Positions 26,780 to 40,650 of a stretch of 64,000 nt of DNA are shown here, in pieces. Position numbers and translations under genes: made by a program. This DNA is from Eledone cirrhosa. Lineage: Eukaryota. How positions within the stretch are numbered: position 1 is the first letter of the stretch; each line of letters opens with the position of its first letter. The notes beneath the pieces were generated by a model. It was given only the letters and a program-made list of their open reading frames with translations. It did no database searches and was not told the origin of the DNA. The stretch is taken from NCBI GenBank assembly GCA_964016885.1, contig OZ024741.1:303118001-303182000 (forward strand), written 5' to 3'.

Positions 26780-27992
26780 GTTATTATCTCTTTCTCTTAA
26801 TTTCGAGCCACCTTCCTGGTGGCAAGGTTGTAAAAGAAAAGAAATTGTCATCCCTTGAATCGCAAGAATGTTTTGCAAATTTTGAAGGTGCCAGCTATCG
26901 CAGCCATTTGTAGACTATGAATTAGGGAGCTGCGCTCTTTGTCCGCAAATCAAAGTTCAGTCATACTTTGGTCCAAGCGGGTTGGTATATAACCCGTAGC
27001 TCCAATAATGATGGGTATGAAGCTAAAGGTGTATCTTGGATACTGGATTTGTAAACTCCTCATCAATGGTCCGTAGATGTCCTCCTTCTCCTGTATTTTT
27101 CTGACAACGTTTACATCAAGTGGGCAGCTGATCTCCACAACAGAACACGTTTTAAATGTGTGGTCCCAAACAACAATATCAGGCCGGTTGTGCTTTAATT
27201 TGGTGGCAGTTTTTATTTTCAGGTTCCACCAGTATTCCTTAGTGCCATCTGTCTCAATATATCCTTCCTCGTTTGTTGTTAATTTTGTTTTCCGAAGTGC
27301 GTTCCAGATGGTTCTAGCTATCCCATCGTGTCTCATGGGAGGTAGTAGCGAGATGACATTCTTTCGCAGCTGGCAACAATGTGGCTTACATCTTCGATCT
27401 TTGTTTTACATAGCCTACATTTATTGTCAGCTGATGGCCCTCCTCTTTTGTGCAACAGATATTTGGTAGGGAGTTCTTGTTCCTGTATTGCATAGAGATA
27501 TCGCTCAAGGTGTGATGTCATAAACTTGTCGGAACTCCATGCCAGGCTTTTTGAGTGGTTTATCCCGCTATGGTCTGTGTTTTACGTCTCAAGTATCCAT
27601 GCACAACTTTTTCTGTAAATTGGTCAATTTTTTTCATCTTGTTTGAACATTGAATAGGATCTTCCGATTTCTCTGGGTGAGAGATTTATATCAGGCTTTA
27701 TTCCATATCTCTCCTCCAGATCAGTGGCTATCCTAATGATATTTTTTTTCATGCTCATAAACCTGGTCAAGATGGTTGCCAACCTTTTTCCTCTGTTCAA
27801 GATGTTGCTTCAGTGTTACTATCCGAGTCTCATATGATGTTAATATGGATTTTAGACCCCGGCCACCTTCCTTGCAGCCTATCCACATCACCATTGATGT
27901 TAAAGTTCCCAGTAACACTGAGAAGTTTGCGAGTTCTAACATCCATCTCACTTAGTTCTTGCAATGACCAGTTCAGCAGGCCAAATGTTGGC
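26780..27992 (-). mobile_element. 5'-truncated R4/Dong-clade non-LTR retrotransposon (frameshifted)
   Basis: PTFGLLNWS..MDVRTRKLL..GGRGLKS; AIQEQ..CRLC..EDVSHIVASC..RHD (CCHC); HNRPDIVVWD..VVEISCP..KEDIY..FIPIIIGATG (RLE); flanked by (CATA)n. Confidence 0.88.
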
Positions 27993-28010
27993 GTATGTAT
28001 GTATGTATGT

Positions 28011-28614
28011 CAGGTCACCAGTTGGTGCTACTGGTAACATGTATCCCAGTACAACCTGTCTCATGGTCGGGTCGTTGGCGACTAAACTGGCAACCCCACC
28101 AAGGTTTCTTGGTGAGGAGGGTGACTTTGGACATCCTGCAGGACTAAAAACAAAACCTGTCAAAGGGCAAAGGAGCTCTTAAGAGTCAATGGCCATCCAA
28201 AATCACCGGGAGAGATGACCCCTTAGCCTTTGTCAAGGCAGAATTCTAGGAGAAGGAAAACTCTGATATAACACCTGCAACTCTGATGGTATCCAATGAT
28301 GTTGACTTGTTCTTCTTTTTGGTAAATATCATCTTGGTTAAGAGAGTGGGACTGGCTTTGTGCAGTGCCTTTGCTCACTATAAAAGCTTCACGGCACAGG
28401 CATTGCTTTATATCTGGAGATCTCTCTGCACTTGTCATCACATGGTATCATGGGCCCAGCACTGTGTCAATATTTGTCACAAGTGTAGTGTTTGTACCAG
28501 AGTTTTCAAGTTGCTGTCTGGACTAAAAAGTCACACTCGTTCAGCGCATCGGTAGGAGTTCTCCTACATGGATATAAAGTAGTGGCCGTACTCGAAAACG
28601 AGTTGGCAGCCACC
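28011..28614 (+). mobile_element. Same repeat as 25811-26357, copy 2, with 63 extra 5' bases
   Basis: Direct repeat; flanked by (TATG)n on both sides. Confidence 0.75.
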
Positions 28615-29701
28615 ATGTATGTATGTATGTATGTATGTATGTATGTATGTATGTATGTATGTATGTATGTATGTATGTATGTATGTATGTATGTATTTTA
28701 AGTATATATTCACTGCATTGTTCCCCAGTAGCTCTTTATTTATAGCCACTGATACGACTGATAAAAAGTAGCAATACTGCCTTATATGCCTTATATATGT
28801 CGAAATCGACATGGCTACCAGATGGCAATTGATGAGGATAATACCTATGTTTGTCTGTTTTGATTCATTATATTGTCCTGTCCACACACACACACACACA
28901 TATATATATATACATACATCTCTCTCTCTAATAGCTTTCTGCATTCTGCATCTTGTTTAAAACACACGTACGTAGCTATTTAATAAATTTATAAGGGGAT
29001 AATCAACACAAAACATTTAATAAGAATAGCCACATTCCTTGCTTGTGTGTGTGTTATCCATATGATACTGTAGGCATGTGAACACACGTATTTTATGAAG
29101 TGAATGGAAAATGCCACGCGTTTTTAACTGTGAAGAAAATTGAATAAATAAATGCAAAACGCATATTCTATGTTTTTGTTTTCAGTAACTAATCAAATAA
29201 CGATTTCATGCTGACTAATCATATTTTCAACGTATTGTATTTACAAATATTTTGATTTTATAATTTACATACACGCAGCATCACTACTTCAATCGTTTGA
29301 ATAATCGGTAACATTCTAACGCTAATAATACACAAACGCGCGCACACTTACACATACACACACACGCGCGCACATTACTACTACCCAAACACAGCTATAT
29401 ACATACATATCTATATATCGTTTAAAAGAGTGTTTACATAAAAAGTAAATATCTGAGAAAAGATACGGTTAACTGTTGAAGGCAATAGCGTTTGTGTGAT
29501 AATGTTTACATTACTATGACATACACAAATACACAAACACACATACACACACACAGAGTATTCGCATTGTTTACAAATGTACGTTCTGATTAGATATATA
29601 TGTATATACATTATGTATATATATACCCATACACACACATATATGTGTATGTGGGTATATAAATATATATAAATAAAGAAAGGATGGAGAGAAAGAATGA
29701 A

Positions 29702-29817
<116 letters not shown>

Positions 29818-30055
29818 CTGTATATACACACAGAGACATATTTAAACATATGTATGCTTGTGTAGGTATACATATATATGTATGAGTGGTGGATATTCAC
29901 AAATAAACACGTAGTATAGTTGCATATACTGAGTAAACGTACAACCATATACACAGTCAAACATAAATATTGATATGTTTGAATATACACACACATATAT
30001 AAATTGTAACTATAAAAATATTTTCAGACACATACATACATACATATATATATAT

Positions 30056-30440
30056 ATTACATTTATTGGATGGTGACGCGCGTTTCGCCACTGATCAGCT
30101 CAAGGTGCGATCTGTATCGATCTTACTCGTCTCTGTAATCTGCAGCTCGACGGACCCCTTAAAATGCTATAGCATGTATTCATTTTCTACTAGCATTTTA
30201 AAGGGTCCGTTGAGCTGCAGATTACAGATTCAGGTAAGATCGATACAGATCGCACCTTGAGCTGATCAGTGGCGAAACGCGCGTCACCAACCAATAAATG
30301 TAATGAAGGAGTAACCAATCGTCCTTGTTCTCTTTTCAATATAATACACTCTGTATAGCTCTACACCTCGACACAGAAGTGAACCTAAACACCGAGTGCT
30401 CACCCGGGTGAACCTACAGTAATTCCAGGTTACACTCCCT
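30056..30440. mobile_element. TA-flanked fold-back (arms 30056-30169 / 30191-30304) with tail
   Basis: About 114-bp arms with several mismatches; contains the hammerhead-like 3' half GAAAC GCGC GTC at about 30274-30285. Confidence 0.85.
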
Positions 30441-30457
30441 ATATATATATATATATA

Positions 30458-30705
30458 CAATATATTAATAAATGGAAACCATATTTATAAAACCATAATT
30501 ATTTTATTATATATATTTCAAGGTCAACCAAGGCAAAATTTCCTTGGTTGACCTTGAAATATATATAATAAAATAATTATGGTATTATAAATATGGTTTC
30601 CATTTATTAATATATTGAATATTTACTCCAGTTAATTGTTGAGTGCTTTATATCAGTTATAAAACTTTTAAGCTTGTTGAATCCCAACAAATTAAATATA
30701 ACTTC

Positions 30706-30709
<4 letters not shown>
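30458..30709. mobile_element. Fold-back family F3, second copy
   Basis: Arms 30458-30533 / 30542-30617; the tail is the reverse complement of 13195-13281. Confidence 0.85.
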
Positions 30710-30796
<87 letters not shown>

Positions 30797-31046
30797 GGAA
30801 AAAATGAAACGAAATTTCATTTCCCACTCTTAGTACGGCTGTTACTTAAATATAAGTATGTACACGTACACACATATATGTATACTGACGTACAGTAGTA
30901 TGTATATATATATACATACATGCACACATATATATATGTACGTATGGATTCACCGAACATTTATTATAATGCTCGGTGTGTTTGTAAACAAGCATCCCGT
31001 ATTAAGCCGTAGTGTCTAGCAACCATCGTTGCTCGTTTATATATAT

Positions 31047-31143
31047 ATTTAATATAGAAATGGCTTCTCTATATTAAATATTTATACTCTACTATGTATT
31101 GAGTACCTTACTTGGTGTGGTTACCCCTGATTGAACCCGGGAT

Positions 31144-31147
<4 letters not shown>
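31047..31147. mobile_element. Very short fold-back of family F2 with tail
   Basis: tatttaatatagaaatggcttctctatattaaata, then a tail that is the reverse complement of 48100-48182. Confidence 0.75.
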
Positions 31148-31212
<65 letters not shown>

Positions 31213-31702
31213 TGCATACACACATATACAACAACAGTCACGTACACACGCACGTATACATACATATACATATATGCGTGTTTGTGTATGTGAATATAAG
31301 TATGCATACGTGTATGCATATATTCACGCAGAAAAGAATGTTTTATGGTATTTGTTCGGGCTTCCTGCGCTCTGAGCTCAAATCTCGCCGGGGTCAACTT
31401 GCATGTAATCTTTTCGAGGTCGATAAAAAACTACCAGTCCAATACTGGAATAGATTCTTCCTCTTACTCACTTCCTTTCTCACTCTTTTTCCTTGCTTTG
31501 GAAGAAATTAGCCATATTCAGATCTGTAGAGGGGATGGGCTCTGCCAGGCTTAAACCAAATGCCCAAGAAACTCTATCAACAGTTACGGGTCCATACATA
31601 TGTTCATTTATTCCTTGCCATATTTATCACTGTGTATATATTATGTTTACATTTTCGAAGTAGGTTTGGTGTTATTTTCGGATGTTTTCATTGTCAAATC
31701 TT

Positions 31703-31748
<46 letters not shown>

Positions 31749-31752
<4 letters not shown>

Positions 31753-32130
31753 ATAATAAAAATTTGAAGACTAAAATCCAAAGAGGGCTCGATAAGGATA
31801 AATATATATCAAATATATAAGAACCGTAGAGCAAATATTTATTAAAATAACAGATTAAAGTTTAAGCAAAGAATCGCTGCTTTCACCCTTAATGGGATCT
31901 TCTGAAACTAACAAAGTCAATCTGTGAACGCAGAAGTGAATATTTCAAAAAACGTTGCAGCCGGAGGAAGACAGGAAGACGATACTTTGGTTCGTGGAAA
32001 CGTTCCCTGGCAAAGAACGGGAAAAAACGAATATAATACGTCATTATTTGGAGCGGTGTTAGTTTCAGAAGATCCCGTTAAGGGTGAAAGCAGCGATTCT
32101 TTGCTTAAACTTTAATCTGTTATTTTAATA
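31749..32130. mobile_element. Fold-back family F1, long copy
   Basis: Arms 31840-31913 / 32057-32130 with a 143-bp spacer; the left tail is near-identical to about 5076-5163. Confidence 0.88.
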
Positions 32131-32146
32131 TATATATCAAATATAA

Positions 32147-32193
<47 letters not shown>

Positions 32194-32319
32194 AAGAAGA
32201 ACACAGTGGAGGTGTTACATAGGAGATTTATTGTTCAATCCTGGTTACAAATGTTTCTCAAGAAGCTGGCTTGTGATCTGAACTTTCTGCATATATATAT
32301 ATATAATAAGAATTTTATT

Positions 32320-32410
32320 TCTCGCTCTAGCACAGCTGATACATACTTACTTATATATATATATATATATATATATATAAGTAAGTATGTATCAGCTGTG
32401 CTAGAGCGAG

Positions 32411-32411
<1 letters not shown>
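32320..32411. repeat. Perfect palindrome centred on a (TA)n tract
   Basis: tctcgctctagcacagctgatacatacttact (TA)n agtaagtatgtatcagctgtgctagagcgaga. Confidence 0.9.
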
Positions 32412-32474
<63 letters not shown>

Positions 32475-33834
32475 TGAGTATACAGAAACTGGAAGCCCTT
32501 CGGATGAGCTGTATCTATAATTCAAAAGGTCTCCTATGTTACAAATTCTGGCGCACTGACTCTTCACGAATATTACGATAAGTGTACTTGTGTTTGTGGA
32601 ATGCTCAGTCACTATAACATTGATTTCACGAGCGGGCTCCCCTCCGTTAGTTGAAAAACTGGAATACTATACTCATCGTAGAAAGTTATGGAGGTCCATT
32701 CATACTTGTCCTTTAGGGTGCATTGCCCAGTTTTACAACTCCCGCCGGCGTTTAGATTTCTTTAGCGGAGTCCACTCTTTTCTAAAGATTCAGAGCAGTC
32801 TCAAATGTGAGAAGGATAACTCGATACTTTTGTAGGAACCCATTAGTCGTGGTTCCTTCCTCCTTTTCCCCACACACAGTCTTGCATGACTTGTAAAACA
32901 AACAAAAACAGCCATCGGTGCTCTTCCGCCCAGGAGGCTATAAAACTTGTATTTTAAATTGTTTTAGCTCTCCTATGGTCCAATAAGATTGGACCCTTAA
33001 GATACAGATAAGTATTAGTCAGTTCTCCACCAAGGATAACTTTATTATCATGTTCACCTAGAATAATTAGAGAACCTTTACATAGTCGCTCTACCTGCTT
33101 GAAAACCATGTCCAAAGTGCATTGGTTGATGTACTTTTCTCTGAAAATAAGATGAAATCAATCCCCGAAATCAGGGTATGCGAAGTGACACTGGGTATCG
33201 AAAAGCCAACGCTTTAACCCCTTCCTGGCCTAATGACATACACTCTATTCCAAATGATTACTGAATGTTGATCGATGTACTAAAATTACTGATGATTTCA
33301 TTACTACTATAGTAATTTTACATATGGATCTTATATAATGTTAGAATAGAAGATTTTATTTAAACAAGGGCTCTTTAAAATGAGTAGTTTTATTTCATAG
33401 AAGCAAAGCTGGATTTACCGAGGTTGGTATCAAAAAGGTTAAGCTCCTGGTAACCTGAAACTGTGAAACAATTGAAACATCTATTTGAAGTCAATTCAGT
33501 TTCACACACGACTACAGTGACTTTCAGAGAAGTCACAAACATCATACTTTTACAACCCGACTAAAATGCGGAACGTATGCAGCTAATGAAAAGAAAATCG
33601 TTATTTGCAACACGAACTATTCCAGGCTTTCGTTGTTTTTCTTGGTCGACATTCAATATTCCGTTTCTGAATCTATTTTTCTATATGTCTATGTCTGTAT
33701 GTGATTTAGGTGGTTTGGGAACGTAATACATTTGTAATAGCACCGTTTTTCAAATGTATGCAATCTCTCCATTAAATAAACTGATGTTTGCATAGAGATG
33801 TATTTTGATTTGCATCTTGTGAATATACTTTATC

Positions 33835-33877
<43 letters not shown>

Positions 33878-36059
33878 ATAATATGATATGATTTGGAGCG
33901 TTGAGTGTGTAAATATTTCATAAACTTGTAGGGAACTCAAACGCAGAAATAGATGGAAACGACACACACACATACGCACACACACACACACACATACATA
34001 CAAACAAACAAACAAACAGAATTGAAGCCGGAAATCTATCTGATACCTTATGATTGCGACCTTCCAGCAATCATTATCAGCCACGGAACACCAGCGGATT
34101 ACCTGGACTTGGATTACGGAATTTTTTAAAACTGTTCATTACATACATACATACGAGTATATATCTGTATACATACATACCCTTACATTTATTCATTAAA
34201 AGTATTAAAAAAAATTATTCAAAACTCCCTTAACCAGCGGGAACCTAGAATTTTTCGGAACCCATTTTGTGCGACACTGTCTTATTTTTTTGTTGTTGTT
34301 GGATTCAGCTCAGCCACCATTGACGGAAATATGATCAATGGCGTTCTAGTCGTGATCATATCTTTCCTTTTCAGACATCATCCAATGTAATTTTCTTTTT
34401 TGCAGATAATGGTATATGATCTGTGGTCGGTTTTACCTAGGATGACTCCTGCTTTCATCAGTCCCGTGGAGATAAAATAACTACTGGACTCCTATTGATT
34501 AAATTCAGCTAAGCTACAAATTGGCCGTTTCGTTCCAATCTATGAAAGCTATCTCCTCATTTATCCTGAATCTCTGATATATAGTCTAAAGAGAGAGAAG
34601 AAACGTATGGCATTTAACGTGTTTTCGAATTAGTAATTTAAAGATATTTTTAAATTAACTTAATGTGATGGATAGGAGGAGCTAAATCTGTTTAATGCAA
34701 GAAGCGAACGTCTTTCGTCTGGAAAGGTTAGCGAAGTCGGGTGGTTTAAGAATCTGCATAGTCTTTATTCGGCCTGTTGCTTTTCTCAAGTTCGAGAAGT
34801 TTGGTAAGAATACGATGCCTGTTGTCATTCACCTACAGCACATTGCCCTAACAAACCGCTATAGAGAAGTGGAGGTGACTGTTTGATCAGCAGAAAAGTA
34901 AATGTTTATTAAGAACACAGAGAAACAGTGAGAGCTTTTCAAAATCTTCCTTTCCCAGTAGTTGCATTTTTACGGAGAATGCACACACGCACCAATCCAT
35001 ATATATATATATAATACTATGATACTATAATACAGCACATGTACAAATATTGTTAATAATATACATAAATGTCTGTTTTCATAAACTTATCTAAGAATTT
35101 ATGAATATATATTGAAAGCACATTTTCGCAGATAAACTTTTACACTCGTTTAATGGGTGTTCTTGTGTGCGCATTAGTAAGTATGCGTTAGCAGCATCCA
35201 AATTGCTTTATTATGCAAACAAACGCACACATACAACTTGCAGACAAACACTCACACATGCAGTATAAATAATATGCTTGAATTGGCCACCCAACAAGTC
35301 GTTTTCAAAAGGGCGTAAAGATTTTAATTCCCGCCAGATTTCCATGCTGCTAACTAGTCACTTGAAGAACTATATCTTTATTCCAGTTAAACTGGCCATT
35401 AAACCAAACCGTTTAAAATAAGCAGGCATCATAGGCTTTGTCACAAGTGACGGTTTCCTCATCCCGAATGCCTACTTTACACAATGTTTTGAATGCACAA
35501 TATATTTATTTTGTCGTTAAAATAAACACAGCTTGAAGTTGTTGAACAATAGGTTCGATCTCATCTTGTTAGTAAACCTCTAATTGTGTTCTTTTTAAAA
35601 TTATTTTATTAATTTATTTTTTTTGTTTAGTTTGCTTAACTTATTAAAAGTAATGTACCCGTTGTAGAGTAGAAATGCAAGTTTACTGGCGGTTTAATCT
35701 CAGAGTCTTTACTGTGAGAATGCTATCAGTACATAATATAGTAAGTTGAAAAAGAGTAGTAGATTGGTAGAATTGGTAGAGCGCCGGATAAAATGGCCTT
35801 GTGGTATATGTTCTAACTCAACGTTGCCCTAATTGTTCAAATCTTGTCGAGGTCATCCTTGCTCTTTTTTCCCTTCCGTAATAGATAATATAAGGTACTG
35901 GGTTGATCTAATCAACTTGCCCTTTCTCCCATGACTATGTGCCTAAATTAGAAATCAATATATTGAGTTGAAAAACGTCGATTGACTGAGATCATCCTTG
36001 CAATTAGTTTATAAAAACATCCTCTAAGGGCGTTTTAAATCTAAAACTAACAGTTCTAA

Positions 36060-36232
36060 TAATTGTTTCTACTTTTAGCACAAGGCCAGCAATTATCCCA
36101 GTGCATTACTGGTACTTTATTTTATCGACCCAGTAAGGATGAAAGGCAAAGTTAACCTCGGCGTGATTTGAACTCAGACTATAAAGGGACGCAACTCTAT
36201 GCTGGAAAGCATGGTGTCCGACCCTCTACCGG
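36060..36232 (-). mobile_element. SINE-A copy
   Basis: Reverse complement of the consensus, tail to head. Confidence 0.85.
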
Positions 36233-36339
36233 AGCAGTTTAGCGATATTTTTCGATTACCGTATGTAAGATTTAGAAAACTGGCATTAACTAATGTTTAA
36301 GTCGATCGCTTTGAAGATTTCTATAAAATCCTTCCTAAA

Positions 36340-36720
36340 CCTCTGCATAGAATAGTCATTCATATTGCTTGATGCATCGAACAATGGGTCTCCTTCCTCA
36401 TTTACCCAATGGGACTTGTGGAATTGTAACGACATCCTTACCTTCAGAATTATTCTGATATCGAGGTTGCTGATCTTATTCTTCCCGAAGTTTGGGATTT
36501 TCAGGAGAGATTTCAATATGGAAAGGTAAAAGTCCACGATCTTGAACCGGGAGAATTTACAGGCTGCATTATTCTCGATGGCGGGGTTGCTGGAGTCCCA
36601 TTGGTGGACTAAGCTAGCCGCCTCCACAACTTAATCAAAGTTGATTTCCTGGTCATGACTGTAGATGCTAAGACAAAGCCTTATAAAATAGTTTACATCC
36701 ATATGGACTCCAAACACCAT
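36340..36720 (-). mobile_element. Degraded Penelope-like RT fragment
   Basis: VHQW..FKIVDFYLSI..LL..IILKVRMSLQF..WVNEEGDPLFD resembles PLE RT FDIVDFYPSI..RKSLLF..WVKK.G..FDV.MG. Confidence 0.65.
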
Positions 36721-36849
36721 TAGATATAATTATAAGTCTAGTAAACGGGAGAAGCAGAAGAATCTCTAGTTTGCTGTCTGTTACATAGATGCATCAATTA
36801 CAACGAGGCACCAGTAAAAATATTACTTTACATGGAACATTCCCCACCC

Positions 36850-37410
36850 ATCTCAAAGAAAGTTGGAAAGAGAAACATTATTTAATCTTCCATTCAAATA
36901 TAACTAGAAACTTCCTGTCCCTAATTAGAAGGCACTTCCCAAACAAACAGAAGTAGTATAAACTCTTCAACTCCCACAACATATCGCTTCCAGTCTCTCA
37001 CACTAAGACAGAAGAAAAGACGCACCTACCACGCAGTTTGCAACTGCCGAAAATCTCCAAATTGTGTCTTGCTCCATAAAGGCCGTGGCCTGTGGGGTCA
37101 ATCTCAGATCACCAGATGGGATCACGATAAACTACAAAAGCCTAACAGCCAACGAGAGCAAATTCACTCAGCATATATATTACTTCAGTTACAGGAAGAG
37201 AGAAAATTCTACCTCCACGTTCCATGAAGGCTCCGATCCCAATAGCATCGTTGACAAGACACTTCCTCCTTCTCCTGGGCTCGCGATTGTCATCTTTACC
37301 TTCACGAGAAATTGCATACATTGCAGCATCTTATGATAGCCCTTCCAAGCCACTTACATCGAATATCCTCTCTCTGAAATCGCTAACTGCTCGACCCCAT
37401 AAAGCCTTAT
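36850..37410 (+). mobile_element. Degraded Penelope-like linker and GIY-YIG region
   Basis: RNII..NITRNFLSLIRRHFP..YKLFN; CNCRKSPNC; RKRENSTS; SIVDKT..CHLYLHEK, read across frameshifts. Confidence 0.65.
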
Positions 37411-38410
37411 AACATTCCACGTGGACGAAGAAACAGCAATGAAACCGGGAACACCGATGTTGCTGGCAACCGAACACCACCACGTGATCAGAACCAACCT
37501 ATAGAGGTCTTTTATAAGATATTTTACAACTACGTCTCCATCTTTCGTTACTGATAATGCATGAAAATCAAACTCTTGATACAAATATTCTCAACTTAGA
37601 CATTGTGTATTGATTGCTCTTTTTATCCGCCTCAAATGGCCTCTGGTTCTATGAAATATATATTCGAAAGTGTTTATATTCATCTAAAACATTCTATCTT
37701 AATTTTATGTAAGAATCTTTCTAAAGTTATGTTCCAAACTGAGAAAGTTCATTATATTATTAATTCCCTCCAAATTCTCGATTATGTTCAAAATCATTTG
37801 AACATCATAGACAATATATTTCATTAGAAATATGAGATTGAAAGGGTTAACATTATATATAGGAGAAAGTTGTGCTGGGAATAAGATACAACTGTAAACA
37901 ACTTGATAAAATAAAAAAAGCCAGGAATTGAAACGGTCATTCCTTGTTTACTTGGTAAATATACTGATAGCATGGAGATGTGGCAAACATTCGTGCCAGG
38001 TCTCCCATCTGATACGCTTCCCTCCAACAATAATTGAGAATGTTTCAATAGATATAGGTCTTAGTCGTTTTTGTACTATTTAACCAAAGGAAAAAAAGAA
38101 CTTAAAATAATATGCACATGTAAACACCCGATCAATCGATGTAATTTCACTTTTAAAAAAACAAACAAACAAACAAACAAACAAAAAAAACAGGATGAAA
38201 CTTCCTCCAGTAGTGGATAAAAAATGACTTATTAAACATCCTTTCGAGGACGTTAAAAGAAAGTACCTTTCCAATGCTAGTGCAGGTCTCTCTTCCAGCT
38301 GTGACATCTTGAAAGTTTCGCTGGGTCATGGATGTCTGGGTTTGCTCGCGAGTACATATACATCTAAAACCTTAAAGAAAGGTACTAGCTCATACTCGAC
38401 TGTTGTACAT

Positions 38411-38454
<44 letters not shown>

Positions 38455-38457
<3 letters not shown>

Positions 38458-38618
38458 GAAAATAGAATAGCTTTCACCGTATTTTTGACTAAAGGAATTT
38501 TAGCCTGATAATGGGGTTCTAAACCCCATTATCAGGCTAAAATTCCTTTAGTCAAAAATACGGTGAAAGCTATTCTATTTTCTAATTTCACTGCTCACTG
38601 TTTCAAAACATACTTACT
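38455..38618. repeat. Perfect hairpin (64-bp arms, 3-nt loop) with tail, family F4
   Basis: 38455-38518 is the reverse complement of 38522-38585. Confidence 0.92.
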
Positions 38619-38929
38619 ATATATATATATATATATAAGAGTGAGAGAGGGAGGGAGAGATGGATGTGTTTCGGAAGATGTTAGAGTGCAGACGGGGTTG
38701 TAAATATTTAGGATAAGAAGGAGAAAAGGAAGAATGAGCGAGATAATAAATATTAGAAAGGTAACAAAATTCCTCGTTTCTCGCTTTTTTTTCCGCTTAT
38801 TTTTACCTCTTTCCTTCCTTATCCGACCTTGTTACCTCAATATTTACAACCTCGTCTACAACAGCCACATTATGTGTATGTATGTGCATGTTGATTTGAT
38901 AAGTATATACAAACACATTATATATATAT

Positions 38930-39460
38930 ATATAATTTCATCCGGTGCGTTCGAATTTGTAACTACCATTAAATCCATATTTTGGAATTTCACTCCGGCA
39001 TTCGCTATGGTATATATCTAATGATATATTGGCAAAATTTTAATACCTGTAGTATACACCAGGTTTTACACACTTATTTGCATATTAGACGTCAATCCAG
39101 ACAAAACTTCAGTCCACAATAACTACCAACCTACCAGGCTGAGTGGCATAACATCCCTCGACAACACACGCCAATCTGTACCCCATATATGTACAGTCTC
39201 TTCTCTCTGGCTTTTCTATCGCTACTACAGTATAATCTGTTTCTTGGGTATAATGTTTTTGTGTCATCTTCAACCAGTTATTTCCTCATCAAGGCTAAGC
39301 ACCAATCACTATACCCGGGCCTTCTCTTTCAGAACGTCGGATCTCTGGAATACTTTTCATGTTCAGTCTTTTCCTTTAACCGTCAACGAGCAACTTTTTA
39401 AGAGTAAAATTAACTGCGGCAATCTCACTGATGTGAGGGCCGTGACCAGTACTCTTTCCA
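38930..39460 (+). mobile_element. Old CR1/Jockey-group LINE 3' remnant
   Basis: L.FYRYY and HYTRAFSFRTSDLWNT...FP...N.QLFKSKIN C-terminal motifs. Confidence 0.55.
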
Positions 39461-40312
39461 CCAGAGAAAAACAAAACAAAGATTTTATAATTTTGGGAAG
39501 AAAAGACAAAAATAGGAGAATAAAATGAACACAAATAAAAACTGAAATTGATAGTAATTAAATATTACTATATATTGTAGTTTCTTTTTTCCTTTCTGTT
39601 TTATATATAATTTTCAAGAACTGTACAGCAAAAAAGAAGCACAAAAGCTTTGCTGATGCTACAGCCGTTTTGTCCAGGTCAGCTGTTAACATATCAGTCT
39701 ATTAAGAGTTTTTGTTTAATCTTCTGAAAACTACATTAAAACAGACACAATACTCAATAGTTTCAGATTTGTTGAAAGTTTACATATGTAGCTAATCCAC
39801 TGTTTGACACGAGCAAGAAAGTTGGTAACAATTTTCGATGTCCTATTCGTTATAATGTTTGAATCAAAAACGGGAGGTGATGCGTGGAAAAGATAAAATA
39901 TTAAGAAACAATTGACACAGGAAATAAAAAGGATGCCATAAAAATTATTTTCTTATAGTGGCAACATAACCACTTATTTGTAGGGGAGGGTATAGTCAAT
40001 TGAATCAACCACTGCTACTTATTTTATCGAACCCCCTTAGAGGGATGAAATGCAAAGTGAACCCGACTGAACATGAAAGGACGTTATTAAATGCAGCAGG
40101 GTCATTTTGTCCAACAATCTACCGTTTCTGACCACCCTCACAGAAGGTAATAATAATTACATTATTTTTGTTCACTTTCAGAGGACATATTGGGGAAATG
40201 ATTTTATTAAAATCATACGAAAAATGTCCTTGTTTATTACACTGTTGTTTTTATTGCTTTTACAGTTGCCTGATTAAGTCCTTTTTGTATATTTGAATCA
40301 GACAAATGTGTA

Positions 40313-40376
<64 letters not shown>

Positions 40377-40581
40377 ATATATATAATAGTAATGACTATA
40401 ATCGAAGTTGCAGCTGTAGGTAACAGATTAACCCCGACCCTCGAAGACTGTCACAAAGCACTCGATGATAGAGTAATTAATAAATTTCTCCTCAGAGTGA
40501 ACACAAGAAGTTCGGTAATAGTGACACCATGAATAATGTGACCAGAGGCATGTTGCCACGTTAATACTACAACAACGAAAC

Positions 40582-40650
<69 letters not shown>

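Noticed and set aside
25811-28614. LTR retrotransposon (direct repeats flanking RT-related sequence)
   Set aside because: The interior is an antisense R4/Dong non-LTR fragment; there are no TG..CA ends, PBS or PPT, and each piece is separately bounded by (TATG)n.
30250-30290. Complete hammerhead in the 30056 fold-back
   Set aside because: Only the GAAAC-GCGC-GTC half is convincing; the core reads CTGATCA (C3/C8 mismatch) and stem I is poor, so it is not called a ribozyme.
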